From Oikopleura dioica (Eukaryota > Animalia > Chordata): 64,000 nt of DNA. The stretch is from contig OU015569.1 of the NCBI GenBank assembly GCA_907165135.1, positions 2,480,001 through 2,544,000 of the forward strand, in the 5' to 3' direction. The notes below the pieces were generated by a model. That model saw only the letters and a list, made by a program, of their open reading frames with translations. It was not told the DNA's origin and made no database searches. Made by a program: the position numbers and the translations under genes. This document shows positions 47,901-59,993 of the stretch, one piece after another. How positions within the stretch are numbered: the first letter of the stretch is position 1; each line of letters begins with the position of its first letter.

Positions 47901-49103
47901 AGGTAAATTTACTTCGAAATTGAGTCTGTATTTGTACCTAGAAATTCTTCATTAAATATTTTTTGTTTTCAGTTCGGCGACAAGGTAATATCTTAACAAA
48001 TGTCTCGACGTTTTTTTAAATGTTTTCACGGCACGATAATGATTATTTGCCACTTGAAAAGGGATAGATATTGATTTTTAAGGCGCCTGTCGTAAAAAAT
48101 GGGCCAGCTCCAAGAGGTTGATTCGCTGCAACTCTGATCTCTCGCTTCCTTCTACTTTCTCCGTGGACACTAGTGGCTCGGGCGAGACCTTCTCCTCGTC
48201 CGGGCTACTCGTGGGACATTTCAGTGGCTCGCTCACCGATTTGGACCGCGACGAGAGCCTGTCAATGACGGGCTCGACGTTGTCCACTAGCTCCGACCTA
48301 CCGCGGATCAAAGGCTCCAAAATTCCTTTGAGAAGTAATCTCGCTTTCTATTCTAACTCCTCTCTTTCACTCTCCATACTAAATGCTTTCCAAAATCATC
48401 TTTTCAAAAATCTCACCAACTCACGTTTTCACAAACTCATACGGTATGAGTCATACCAGAATTGCACGAATGAATGTCGATCGTCACGATTAAATAATAA
48501 TTCGAAAGCTAACATCCTTTAATTAGCCCGAGGAAAAGTGGCTCCAAGAAGCGATGGGTTTCCTACTGATCCACTCGCTGACGGAGTGTCTCAGACAATG
48601 TCAGCTTTCACGCGAAAATCCCGTCGCGATCGCCACAACTCTACGAGCAGTCAGCAGCCCATCAGGTAATTAAGGCCTCCTAAACTCTATCTGATCACAA
48701 CAACATTCAGAACAACGCCTACAGATCGTCCAAACACTCGCCCAGGATCGCGCATTCCCTCCCGCAACCCGTCGCGTTCGAATTCTAGAGCCGGTTCACG
48801 TGCAGGCTCGCGCGATCCCTCGCCTCACAATAGAATTCCCAATCTTTCCGTTCTTTCCCCCAAGAGCTTGACTCCGCAGGGCTTGATTTCTCCCATGAGC
48901 CACCGCAGTAGTGGGCGCAAGGTGAGTCCATGAACTCTTTTTTTCTTTCTTTCTAACGAGTTCAATCGCAGACACCGAGCGGCTACAAAACTCCATCCGG
49001 CAGAAAAACGCCCAGTTCGAATTCAAAAACCGGCGATTCGGACATCGCCGAAGCAGCCCGCCGACTTTACACGCTTCAAACCGAGAGAAACTCGAAACTC
49101 TAA
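32912..49103 (+). CDS. MACF1/DST-like: Spectraplakin locus, MACF/Shot-like output: spectrin repeats, EF-hands, GAR/GAS2 domain, GSR/SxIP tail
   Basis: Phase-consistent exon chain (33296-33601, 35770-35940, 36450-36513, 37056-37339, 40095 onward). [54 protein letters not shown]|[53 protein letters not shown]; stop at 49103. How it joins the 5' part is not determinable from sequence alone. Confidence 0.9.
34253..35047 (-). CDS. FOXH1-like: Intronless FoxH-like forkhead transcription factor, antisense within a spectraplakin intron
   Basis: [59 protein letters not shown] matches FoxH1-type hallmarks (DKPPY, ALVI, WxVDVxxIP, AxD). It lies wholly inside the phase-1 intron 33602-35769. The start ATG is inferred. 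Confidence 0.8.
   Translation of the reverse strand: MKTRVYNKADKPPFSYGVLTALVIRTFPEKRARLGQIYSKLEALFPALASSKSAWRDSVRHNLVQREFFVKQKSTGSHGFWTVEVAKIPEAQFKRQTRNASPTCTNGTMALDIREIFNFEQGEFRRGRLENQPPRASSEPCLSHSGSEGIQSSASSPSVHEYHGFTASTSESSVDSSDSQALALVTHAFVALQRSAATFNEVWEKIILLGGERSTSEEEVYELLTTSTIFRHHVSENGEFFQISFSNLAQYYRYSTLTHYFCSR
35475..35512. mobile_element. MITE family A, solo right TIR
   Basis: CCTGACCCAGGCTTTTTACTCAGGTTGCCGGGCCCAGC. Confidence 0.7.
36705..36819. mobile_element. Small TA-bounded inverted-repeat element
   Basis: TACCGCGATT..CTACTGACT / AGTCAGTAG..AATCGCGGTA; only one copy in this window. Confidence 0.45.
38750..39824 (+). CDS. Second alternative N-terminal exon chain (MGVCASK..) inside a 2.75-kb spectraplakin intron
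   Basis: Exons about 38750-38794, 39120-39233, 39330-39413 and 39461-39824 are phase-compatible. They join the phase-0 spectrin exon at 40095 through a GC donor, or a GA donor at 39849. Confidence 0.6.
39850..40032. mobile_element. MITE family A copy with a perfect 6-bp TSD
   Basis: AGCAGG at 39844-39849 and 40033-40038 flanks the TIRs. Confidence 0.9.
43197..43268 (+). tRNA. tRNA-iMet: Initiator tRNA-Met (CAT), intronic
   Basis: AGCAGAG/CTCTGCT acceptor stem with an A1 pair, CTGGG/CCCAG anticodon stem with CAT, GATCGAAA T-loop typical of eukaryotic initiators, and a T-run terminator downstream. Lies in intron 43104-43337. Confidence 0.98.
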
Positions 49104-49374
49104 GTTGCCAGTACCGTACTTTCACTTATTTCGTTTACTTCTTTATTTATTTTCTAATTTAAAAAACAAATCTGCTGTCAACTGCCAACGTCTTAAATGA
49201 TACTCTCACAGCATCGATTCTAATTTCTTTTAATAGCCTGGGCACTTATTCCTTTCCTAAACACGGTATTACTATCAATACGACCCTCTTCTGATGGTGC
49301 ACTGCAATGCTTCACACTTACAGTAATTAATCTTCTTTTGGTTTCATTTTACTTTTAAATAAATTTATTCACTC

Positions 49375-50035
49375 TTCAGCCATTTTCTATCAAACAAAAT
49401 GAGAAAGATGGTCACCAAGAAAGACCTGGCCGGAAATCCCGACCATGACGACGTCGACACGATGTGTCCGACGACGTAGGGTCGGCACGGACCACCCTTT
49501 TCAAAGGTCAGGTCTGTAGGTTCCAAAAGTTGGAGCCCTGCAACCTGTAGTCGTAGTAGTAAAATCGGTTTACAATAACCTGCAGAAAAGCAAAAATACA
49601 AAATGAGAGAGATGATCACGGCAAAGCTGGCGTTAATCCGGCCATTCAAGAACGTGGGCATCTTTTGTCGATAGAATTTACGGAAATTGATTTTATTCAG
49701 GTAACAGTTAACGAGACAAGCCTTTACTAGGCAAGGTGGTCGTCTGCTTGGTTTTTAGCAGTCATGTTTTCATCCACGACCTTGTGGAATTTTTGCTTCG
49801 ACGAACTCCACTTCCCGAGCAAATTGAGCAGATTTCACCAGGCTGACGGCCTGATGATCTGGGGCTTCTGAATTATTTTTATTAATTATAATAATAATTA
49901 ATAATTAAATTAATTGATTACTGAATAAATATAAGAATTTACCTGAAAGCGGTGCGGCGCGGACTTTCCAACTTCGAAAAGTGAGCGCCAACTGAACAAC
50001 AACCCGCTCCGCCGGGCCTGTTCTAGAGACATACT
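49375..50035 (-). other. Unresolved small transcribed unit with exon-like segments
   Basis: Splice-site-bounded GC-rich segments and a hydrophobic C-terminal ORF (..SSWSGFPARSFLVTIFLILFDRKWLKSE*), but I could not build one consistent frame. Confidence 0.2.
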
Positions 50036-50261
50036 GACAATTATCTATGATATCGGACTTTGACAATTTATCTTGCGTATTTTTATCAATTTAGCAATTT
50101 TCTTCCGTAAAAAAGTTCAAGTTGGCTAACTTTTGGTATCGTTTTTTTTAAATAAATATGGCTGGGATTAAATTCTATTGATTCTATAATTAGAAGCTTC
50201 TCCCATTCTCCGATAATTGGTTGAAAGAATTTATTTATATATATTTACAGCTTCCTGTTAA

Positions 50262-51924
50262 TTAAAGAGTTTTGTACAGATCAAAGTTTTTCTTTTTGCG
50301 AATTCCGTCCCAAAAGTAAACCATGGAATTGCGCGCAGCGGGCTTTGCCTTTTCCAGCAGCGGAAGCACTTGATGACAGTTATCAAGCGCCGTTGGATTC
50401 GCGAACTTGAGCTCGAGCTGGATTTCACTGCGCAGTTGCGAGAAGCTTTTCTCGTCGCTAAGAGCCAGAGTGACGTCGTGGGTGTACTTTTTGAAGTGGC
50501 AGTTGAGCTCGACTTGGAGACTATCCTCGGAGAAGGAGACGGACAAGTGGTTTACGTCAATTTGCTCGTCGAAGATGAGATTAGTCTTTTCTTCGATTTT
50601 GCAGAGTAGAATTTTGCCCGGAATGAGGATCAGTCGGCGAGAGTCGAGTCCCTTCTTTACGTCGCACGAGAACAGCACTCTTGATTGCGCTTTCTTTGAA
50701 GGCGAGGAGGAGGCCTCCACAGTCCAATTTTCGATGTTTGAGAGCTCGGATTGTTTGGTCTCGCGTCGCTGGTCATTTACAACCTGAGCGAGGTCGCGCA
50801 TGATTAGGTCGGCTGATTGGCAGGACTGGTAGTCGCCGTGGTAGACTTCTGTATACTGAAAAAACGAAATTGAAAATACTGTTGATTTTAGCACTACTGT
50901 AAGCCAAAATATTAAGCGAAGTTTACCTTTAACAACTCTGTAAAATGAAGCGGGTATTTGCAAATACGCTGGACCGGCTGAAGAAGAAAATCAGCAAGTT
51001 TCAAGAGCGGCAGATTTCGCGATTTCCGACAGTTTTCCCAGAAAGTTGAAAAGACCTCCAAGGTGTCCATCCTTGCCAGTTCGACAATAGCATCGCCATA
51101 ATTGCGACAGTACTTGACATATTCCTTCTCCAGTAGCTTTCCGTGGGAAGTAAAGACAGCTCCAATGTTTGAATTTTGGGGCTTATCTTTGACAAAGGCG
51201 CTCTCCAGCTGAGCGAGGAAATCCTTCTGAACTGAGTACAGTTGCGCCAGATTGCCGAAAATGCGATCGATTTGCGCATGAGTAAAGTTTTCGTTGGAGA
51301 GAGCCGGCTGCCGGTAACCCTGAACAAATCCGATTATTCACTTGTTACATGGCGTACTCAGCCGTCACGGATTGCAGAAATCAACAACGACTCACCTCGA
51401 GAATCTCTTTCAAGTTCTTAACGTAGCTTCGTTCGGTCTCTACTATCTCTGTAACAACGTTCGCGCGCATCTTTCGCTTTCGTTTCGACTGTCTGCATGA
51501 CTCTTGCCTAAAAAGTGGAAATAAATCGATTGTATCGAAACGTATGAAAATGTCTCTCTTTTTCGTCAATTATTAATTCCATACCTTGATACGCCGAGAC
51601 CGAGGAACTCTTCAAAAGTCATCATCTCCTCTCTTTTTTCTTCGCGCTCATCAACGGAGTCGATACTAGTTCCGGAAATATTCCTAAAGCGGGGGAAAAC
51701 TCCAAGGAGTCCTCGACGTCTTCTCTTACTAAAGAAAAGTTGTTGAAACAAGCTCGATTTTTTGTACTCAATTTGTGAGATTGGAAGATGTTGTGTTGCG
51801 CTAAGAATACAAATATATACCTTGGGCTTTGAATTGAAAGAGGATTTTCTATGTCTAATTCAGAGTTCTTTCTGCTCAGGCTTTTCGGCTTCACAATTGT
51901 AATATTCTCTTTATTGTTCGTCAT
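50262..51924 (-). CDS. DH-PH RhoGEF, Asef/collybistin (ARHGEF4/ARHGEF9/SPATA13)-like, with no SH3 seen
   Basis: MRANVVTEIVETERSYVKNLKEILE, IFGNLAQLY, EYVKYCRNY, LADFLLQPVQRICKYPLHFTELLK|YT..H.DY..VVNDQRR, then a PH-like region; stop at 50262. Confidence 0.85.
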
Positions 51925-52342
51925 GATTTTTGCTTTTCCTGTGCTCGCTGAAAATGTGCGTGTGTAAGATTTAGTGGTGGGAATTCAACTGCGGGAAATT
52001 ACACGCACTGCGCGCAAGGGAAATTCAAAGGTAGCGCCACAAGCGGAGGGCGTTCTGATTGGCTCCTCCCGGCCAAGGGAGCACCTTTCTTTTATGAAAC
52101 CTGCGTCTTCCGGCGTGTCAAGGGGGACACCTGCTCGGCAGTCTGCGACACATATTTCGCCGAAAATGATAGGCAATGAAACATCAAAGACAAAGTAAAG
52201 TGTTAGGACAACGCTCAAAGAGCGGCTACAGCTGGTCTCACACACGATATTATTTCGATCGTCTTATGAACATGATTTTTATTCAGATGATAATTTATTT
52301 TCTATAGGTAAATAATTCAGATAGTGAGGATCCTTTTTCTAG

Positions 52343-52460
52343 GATTCCTAATTCCCGAATTCTTCTTTCAGAAGATACGACAGGAGTTCAGAATCCTCTT
52401 ACGGATTCCTAACTCCCGAATACTTCGAATTTCGAATTCCTAATTGCCGAAGACTCCTGG
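52343..52460. repeat. Three degenerate copies of GGATTCCTAA(T/C)TCCCGAAT
   Basis: Copies near 52343, 52403 and 52433, upstream of the RhoGEF. Confidence 0.5.
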
Positions 52461-53269
52461 AACACTTTTTTCTTTACTTCGTCTGCTTCTCATCTAAACA
52501 AAATACATGTAGAGCGTCTAAAAGGCAAACTTATCGCATGAGTAAATACCCTAATTGGCGATGCAGTACTTTGTTTAATCCGTTGGGACTTAATATTGAC
52601 AGAGCGGAACCTTGAATCACGCTCAATCACCCGGGAATTACTCGTTCACGCTTACCTGTGTCTATTTTTAGGTCCCCTTCAGCCATGCAGGCTTCGAGGT
52701 CCAAGTTCGCAGCGTTGTATCGCTTCACGCTCTCGTGATTTTTACGATTTGTGAAAAAGATGCCATCGATTTGTATCTTATCGGATCTGACACCGTTGTC
52801 TATAAATATCAATTCTTCATAATTACTGTACTTATTTTATGCTACAAGTAGTTCTTGGTATTGTGACGAGTCTGCTTTGAAGAAATTTGAACGGTCGTTT
52901 GATTGCATAAGAATTTCGAAAAACGGATATATCATAAAATTAAACGAATAACAGATTTATCGTGTCTGTGAAATTGATTCAATTTAAGATTACCAAAAAA
53001 AAAGAAAAAAAACGAGAACGAGGTCGACAAAGAAGGTAAAGGAAAAGGCATCAGTATTTGTTCAACGAGGAAAAATGGAAAGAGAGGGAGTGCGAATAGG
53101 TAAATCGTGTTTATAACAGATACAGTTAGTTATTGTTTTGCAAGTTAGTTCAGTAGTTGTATAAAGAGTAGAATTGGTAAAATTGGAACTTGGTTGGAGA
53201 AGAATGAATGCACCTACTAATCATTTTTTTACAACACCCAGTTTCTAATCAACTTTGTTTTTTCGCTTT

Positions 53270-53874
53270 TTACAGTGTTCTGTAGTCTGGATTCCGCGCT
53301 CGGTAAAACTTCAAGCCAAAGAAAGCCGCAGCAATCAGAGCCGCTAAAAGTAGCAGTTGTGTATGACTTGCTTATTTTATTTGCGTACCGGAGAAAACCA
53401 TGCCGCCGAAAAAGGAGGAGCCTGAAAAACCACCTTGATTTGGCGCTGGGGTTGGTGATTCAGTTGGTGTGGTGGCGTTTGAGGGTGTTGTTACAGGAAT
53501 CGTAGTCGTTGTACCTAACGAGATTGATAAAATTGGTGGGTTATAAGTTGACCTCACCATTTGATGGGGTAGTCGTGTCTGGAGCAAGTGTTGTGGTTGT
53601 ATTTCCTGGGGTCGTTGTTGTGCTCTGAACAATTCAAAAGTCGAAATGGAAATTGAAACTGTGACTTACGTTTGCAGGGGCAGTCGTATCAGGAAGAGTT
53701 GTCGAAGTTGTGCTCTTTGATGTCGTTGTCGTACCACTGGTTGTTGAATTTGAAGGTACTACTGTTGTCGTCTTCAAAATGTTGGGTAAAATAAAAGATG
53801 GACAGTTGATTTTTTACCGTATTTTGGGCGAGAGCGCAGGAGAGAATAAAACAGACGAGAGCGATAATGTTCAT
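53270..53874 (-). CDS. CD164-like: CD164/endolyn/porimin-like sialomucin, type I membrane protein (5 exons)
   Basis: Signal peptide MNIIALVCFILSCALA, Thr/Ser/Pro mucin exons, FSGSSFFGGMVF plus TM, cytoplasmic tail ending NPDYRTL* (YxxL sorting motif). Confidence 0.88.
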
Positions 53875-54074
53875 TCTGAATGACAAAACATTGGCAGTTG
53901 AGGAATTATGTTGTCTAATATCTTTCTGCGGAACGATTCCGGGTACATTGACCTAATAGAAAGCATGCGATACACACGCTGAAGACGGAGGCTGTCAATT
54001 ACGAACAGAGCAGTGATTGAAAACAACAAGGTTGACAGGAGAAGAAGAATAGGGAAACTTCATTTAAATCCTCT

Positions 54075-57004
54075 TTACTTGGACGGAGGCGGCTGCTGAT
54101 TCTGCTGCTGATAGAACTGAACAAAGTTCGTTGAAAACTACTTATATACTTTTACTACCCACGCTTCGATAAGCACACATAGATGATTTCGCAACCCACG
54201 ATTCTTAGAATTTAACGCTACGTACTTGTTGATATTGCTGATAGTATTGCTGGTATTGCTGGTGATATTGCTGCCATTGCGCAGCTGTATCAGAGCCAGA
54301 GCCGCTTGAGTAGGTTTGATTAACGACTGGAGGAGGTGCCGAGCTGGGGTACTGTCCGTAGCACTCAAAATACTGAAAGAATGAGTGATAACTGTGTTCC
54401 CAAAGTGTGGTGATACCTTTTTGTAATAATCTTGCCATTGCTGGGCGTTTTGATCTCCACCAGGGAGCGAGTTAGAATACAAAACAGGGGGCGGATTGGA
54501 GTAGACATCTCTCGAGCGGGGATTCCTGAAGAAACTTTGGCTTGCACGCCATACAGTATTATTCGTACCTGGAATCAGATCGACGATCGCGGTCGTCGCT
54601 GCGGCCGTATTTTTCATCCTGAAGCTTCTTGAAAGCGTCGCCTTCTTCGTTGTATTTTGCAACGAGCTTCTTTGCCTCTTCTTCTGGCAAATCGAGGTAT
54701 TCGATCTTTTCGAAGAGATTGTCGTCCTTCTCTGGTAAGCTCATGGCCGCCTTCCACTTCATCATGTTTTCATTGGTAATCTTTCTGCCTCCTTCGCTCT
54801 GTTTTTTGTTCTGAAATAAAGACATGAGAAAAAAGCTACTAATTAAGCATTACCCTTCTCCTTTCATACTCTTCTTCGGACGGCACCACCACAATACATC
54901 GCCTGTGGAAGCCTTCAAATGGGCCCATCTTTTTGACATGTCCATTTCTGTAGATATTTGCCTGGTCGAGAATGTAGTTTCGCTTCTTTCGATTGGCGCG
55001 TTCCATTATACGCAGCACGGCACCCATGACTTTGGACTGAAGCTCTTCGAAAGGCGTCCCGTACTTATTCGAGTACTTTTCGCGTTTTTCGCCGCAAATT
55101 GCCATCTTGTCCATAATTGATTCGTTGCCGATCAAGTGAAAATGCTTTGCGCGATTGTCGTTCATGAATTTGTCCACCCACGTTGTTTTCCCTGAGCTTG
55201 GGAGACCACACATCATGATAACTGAATAATGATGTCAAAATAGACCGATTCTATTCTACATACCAGAGCAGCTTCTCTTGTCTTCTGATTCTTTTGGGCC
55301 TGCGATTCGTTCCTCGGCAGATACAGCTCCGATTAATCGGTATTCTCTGAGCGATTTTGGGGATGACTCCCACATATCATTATAAGTCGAGCTTCGGCGA
55401 CCGAAATGCAGATGGACGGAGTAATTCTTGATCAAGAAATGAGGGTAAAATGCGCTAGAAACACGGTTGTCTTTAGCCGAAAGAATGAACTGATTTACCT
55501 TTGCTCGGCACAGCCAAGCTCCTCTCGGTTAAAAGTGACAGTCTCTGCCCCGTCGTCGGTCAACTGTTGTTTTCCGTTCCTTGTGTAAGCAATAGTGATT
55601 TGCTTTGGATCGGTGAGATCCAGAAAACACCCGATTGTATCGCCGCGTCTGAACGTGCTGCCAAACTCCATGAATTTTTTGTTGTAAGCGAGCTTTGCGT
55701 GAGAGTCAAATCCAATCGAGCCTTGGTCTTCGCCGAGAACCAAGTCTGACATGCCTGTGCTCCAACCGATCCGGCACCAGTAGAGGGACTTTTCGTCTGG
55801 ATGAAGATGCCTGTATGATGATAAGTATTTCGCTAAGATTTCAAGCACTTACTTGGTGGGCATTTCGCGGGAGATATGAAGCTCGAAGCAGACCTTTCCG
55901 CCACGAACACCGTGAGTTGCTTTTGCTCCGGCGAAGCAATACCCAAGCCCTTCGTAGTTGACGTTTTCACATCGATTCCTTTCTGTGATTTTCATGTTTA
56001 AGTCGGCCATGTAGGGCGAGATCTCCACCCGCGAATCGTCCCAAGAGGGGTCGTGCTCCATCTTGACGCTGCGACGAGAGGGCGATCTGTCCTTGTAGTC
56101 TGATCGCCGCCGTGGCTCAGAATGGCGATAAGCTGATCGGTTCGAATCGTGGGATGGGTTTTCTCTACGTTTCTTGACGGGCGGCGGGGCAAGTTCGGGC
56201 GACTCGCCTCGAACGTCGCCCAGTTCTTTTGGCACCGGCGGGTCACCAATCTCGGTGTTCTCCTTCTTCTCTTCCTCTTCTTTTTTATCTGCGTCGAGAT
56301 CGGCTGTGTCTGCGTGCAGCTCAATACCCCCATCGCCTGTTTTCTAGGTTGACGAACTTATCATTCAAACAATAAATAGCTATCAGTTCTCACGTGACGA
56401 AACTCGTCTCTGTGAAAATTAGAAGGAATTCAAGTCTTATCAATCCGCTCCTGGTTCAGCGTTCTCATCAGTACTGGCTTCCGCGGGGGCCTTGGCTCCT
56501 TTGGATTCGTCAGTACCTTCTTCCATTTTTTCACTCTGATCTTCACTCTTTTCGGATTCACCGTTTACAGCTTCATTATTCGTTTTTTCCGCAGCTTCTT
56601 CAGTGTTTTCTGAAGGTATTGCGCTCTCGGCATTTTCATTCTCTTCGCTATTCTTTTCCTGGCTTGCTGTTTCTTCCTCTGTCACTGCTTTAAGATCAGC
56701 TTCAAGGTCATCGACGTCTCCTTCGAGATCGTCATTTACTTCTTCCTGAAGATAAGCATGAGGATAATTTTTAATATTGAGAATTGGGCTTACCAGGTTT
56801 TCTGGTTCTTTGACTGCCTCGATGGTGACGGATCGGAGCAGCGCCGCAAGATCAGCTTTTTTAGCGCCTTGAAATTTTAACTTTCAATAAAATGAAGCGA
56901 GAATCAATTTCACCTTTTGGGATATCGACGTTGAGCTTTTCGAGCTCCTGCTTGAGCTCGACGACTTTGAGTTTAGCAATGCTAGCCTCGTCAAACTGCG
57001 TCAT
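54075..57004 (-). CDS. HNRNPU/HNRNPUL1: hnRNP U / hnRNP UL1 family (SAP, acidic region, SPRY, P-loop AAA_33, Q/Y-rich tail)
   Basis: SAP LKVVELKQELEKLNVDIPKGAKKADL; SPRY FAGAKATHGVRGGKVCFE and RIGWST; P-loop MMCGLPSSGKTTWV; NYILDQANIY; YQQ-rich C-terminus; stop at 54075. Confidence 0.93.
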
Positions 57005-57504
57005 TTCGAGAAAAGAAAGAAGTATCGAGTAGGAATGTTTATTTAAGAAGCAGGAGGAGCTGCAATTTTCACCTCTTTTGCAGCAGTTACAGATTGATTC
57101 ATTGCTTGTATTTTGAAAGGTGCGAGGATTTCCCTCGCTTTGTTTCTAATTCTTGAGTCAATCGAAAAAAAGATACGATTTCTTTTCATTTCGTTGGAAT
57201 TCAAAAACGCTGAATGGATTCGGATTTAGACAAGTGGATACAAAAAGATTGATTTGACAAAAACTTAGCAACTTTATTCATTCGGAAAAGTGTGTTTTAA
57301 TATAAACGGCAATAATTATCATAATATTGCGTTCAGTTCTTTTTTTGCTTCGCTTTCTGAAGGGGATGATCTGTAACTCTTCCTTGGACAGAACCGAGGC
57401 GACAACGAGCTCCGAGCTTTGGATTCGAATTCCGAGAAAGTCTGAAAAGCAGCAGGTCAGAACCTGCTAAACATACCTTCCATAAATTAAGATATTTATT
57501 AATA

Positions 57505-59757
57505 TTAAAGTTTGTGCAGCAATTCTTCAATAAGCTCGTTGGCGTCTCTGGCCAATCCAACAGCGTCTTCGTTCAGTCCCGCGTTCACCATTGAAGAAGT
57601 GTAGATGTGCTTCAATACTTTCTTTGCAGTCGCTTCGTCCTTTTCCCGCAGTTCTGTCAGCTTTTTAATGACTGAAAAAGTAACTAAATATGTGGATCAT
57701 CAAGGTAGTTTACCTGGATGGGATTTAGATAGCTGCAGGGTCGGCTCGGAGATCTTGGCAATAGTCTCTGGCTTGAAGAGTTCGGGGTCGTCTGGGTTTT
57801 GCATTCGCTGGGTGCGCAAGAAATTGCGGGTCACACCCAAGTTCCATACTGTAATCATGCCTGGCTGGTTCTCCAGTTTTCCGGTCATTTGCACTTTCGA
57901 GGCTAGGTCTCCGAGAGACTCTTTCGCCCATTCTGTGAGTTTATCTTGCTCCTCTATAAATAACTTAAAGCAAAGAATGCAAATCAGCTCAAACCTGAAT
58001 TGATAGCGTCGTCTTTCAACGAGTCCTCAACGTTTGTTCCATCGACTTTATCGTCAATAATATCGTTTTCGATGGAGAAGGGAACCTTTTCTTTAAACTT
58101 TTGCATTTGTTCCATGACGATTTCGTCAAACATATCGTAAAAGAACAAAACTTCGAAGCCTTTGTTTTTGATTGCTTCGAGGTAAGGACTAGCTAGTGCT
58201 TGCTGCCGCGTCTTGGCAGGCAAATAGTAAATATGTCTGAAAGGTGGCTAGACAACGTTTGAAGTGACTAACTAAGATTCAGTCTGGAGCAAGAAAAAAG
58301 TCTTAGCCACTTTTCCTTTGATCTTCTTTCATTCTTTCAATGTACTCTTCGAGCGAAGTAAGCTCGCCAGCTGCCAGGTTCGACGATTCGTATCGAAGAA
58401 GACGAGCTACTTGATCTCTCCGGTGAGCGTTTTCGCCCTCGAGCACAATGCCCTCGCTGATAAAATACTTATGCTCGGCATAAAATTTTTGGTACTCTTC
58501 TGGTTGTCTCTGAATACAAGAGTTAGTCCCTTTCAATTGGAATTTAGATGATATACCTTTGCTCTGTCGTTGAGGAACTTGATGACTCTATCTGTAAGAG
58601 TGTCTCTAATCTTGCTAATAAGGGGCGTGTTCTGAAGCAGCTCACGTGACAAGTTCAGTGGGATGTCTTCAGAGTCGACAACGCCTCGAATGAATCGCAT
58701 CCAGTTCGGCAAGATCATGTCCGTCTTGTTGCTAATGAGCACTTTGCGGCAGTAGAGAGCGATTTCGGACTTGTTCTCATCTGGATTCGAGCGGCCGAAG
58801 TTTGGTCGCTCCATGGGAACGTAGAAGATCGAGCGCACAGAGATCGGCATTTCCGTCTTGTAGTAAAGCGTAAAGCGAGGATCACCCTGGCCCTGGGTGA
58901 GGAACTTGTAGAACTTGTTGTGCATTTCGTCGCTGATCTGGTTCTTTTCCATCATCCAAATTGGCTCGATTTCGTTGATGTGTTCGTTGTCGCAGTAAAG
59001 CGGAAAAGAGGTAAACGACGAGTACTTTTGAGCGATTTTCTTCACATGGCTCGGATCGGCGTATTCCCGCGAGTCGGGCTTCAGCGTGAGCTCGATTCTA
59101 GTGCCAACATTGAGGCCTTCTTTGGGCTCGATTGTGTAGCCAGCATCGCCAGTAGAGCGCCAGTGCAGGCCAACATCTTCGTTCCATCGCCGCGTGTACA
59201 CGTCGACGCCGTCAGCGACCATAAATACGGAATAGAAGCCGACACCAAACTGGCCGATGATTGACTGGGCGCTGGCACTGTTTTCTTCTTTGACGGCAGC
59301 CATGAAATCCTGACTACCCGATTTTGCGATTGTTCCCAAATTTGTCATCGCTTCTTCTTGCGACATGCCAATCCCATTGTCCTCGATGATCAACTTGTTG
59401 TTGGCTTTGTCGAAATGAAGCTTGATTTCTAGCGCTGGTGGATCGCCGCCGGCAGCCATTTCTTCGAATTTTCGCTAAAAATCAACCAAAATTTCAAGCA
59501 AAAAACTGAGGAAAAAGTACCTTATTCAGAGCATCGGAAGAGTTGGAAATCAATTCCCGGACGAAGATCTCTACTTCTGAGTAAAGCGACTTCGCCACGA
59601 TGTCGAGAAGCTTTTTGGTCTCGGCTTGGAACTCATAAGTTGGACTGCTGCTATCTACATCTGAGGCAGCAAATCGAAGCGAGATCGAGTGAATTCTTGA
59701 GCCACGATTTCCCTGCCCAAGCAATGACTTGAGCGAGCGACTGGCCCTTCGATGCAT
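57505..59757 (-). CDS. TRAP1: Mitochondrial Hsp90 (TRAP1/Hsp75)
   Basis: Arg-rich presequence, [85 protein letters not shown]; stop at 57505. Confidence 0.97.
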
Positions 59758-59993
59758 TCTACTTTTCTGAAGAACGGAATGACACTTTTTTTTTAAATAT
59801 TTTTGAACTTGGAAAAAGTCCGAAATTTGATTTATTTTTAGAAAAATATAATCATTAGAGTTTGTTGTGTAAAAAAATAAGAAGTAAAAAAGGAAAGAAA
59901 GAATTGTTGAAATCGGAAGGGTAGATGAGGCATTAATTGGCACGACTTTGAATATTGAATAAATGTCGAATACTCTAGTTACAGTGAATGACT

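Noticed and set aside
49770-49840. CSICSGSG (DnaJ-like CxxCxGxG) in one minus-strand frame
   Set aside because: A single motif in a short frame bounded by stops, with no J-domain or second repeat.
52627-52812. 61-aa ORF as a transposase fragment or gene
   Set aside because: No recognisable motif, TIRs or supporting exon chain.
56344-56450. Possible GA/GG donor and 16-nt microexon in hnRNP U
   Set aside because: Canonical phase-1 GT donors exist slightly upstream, so a non-canonical site is not required.
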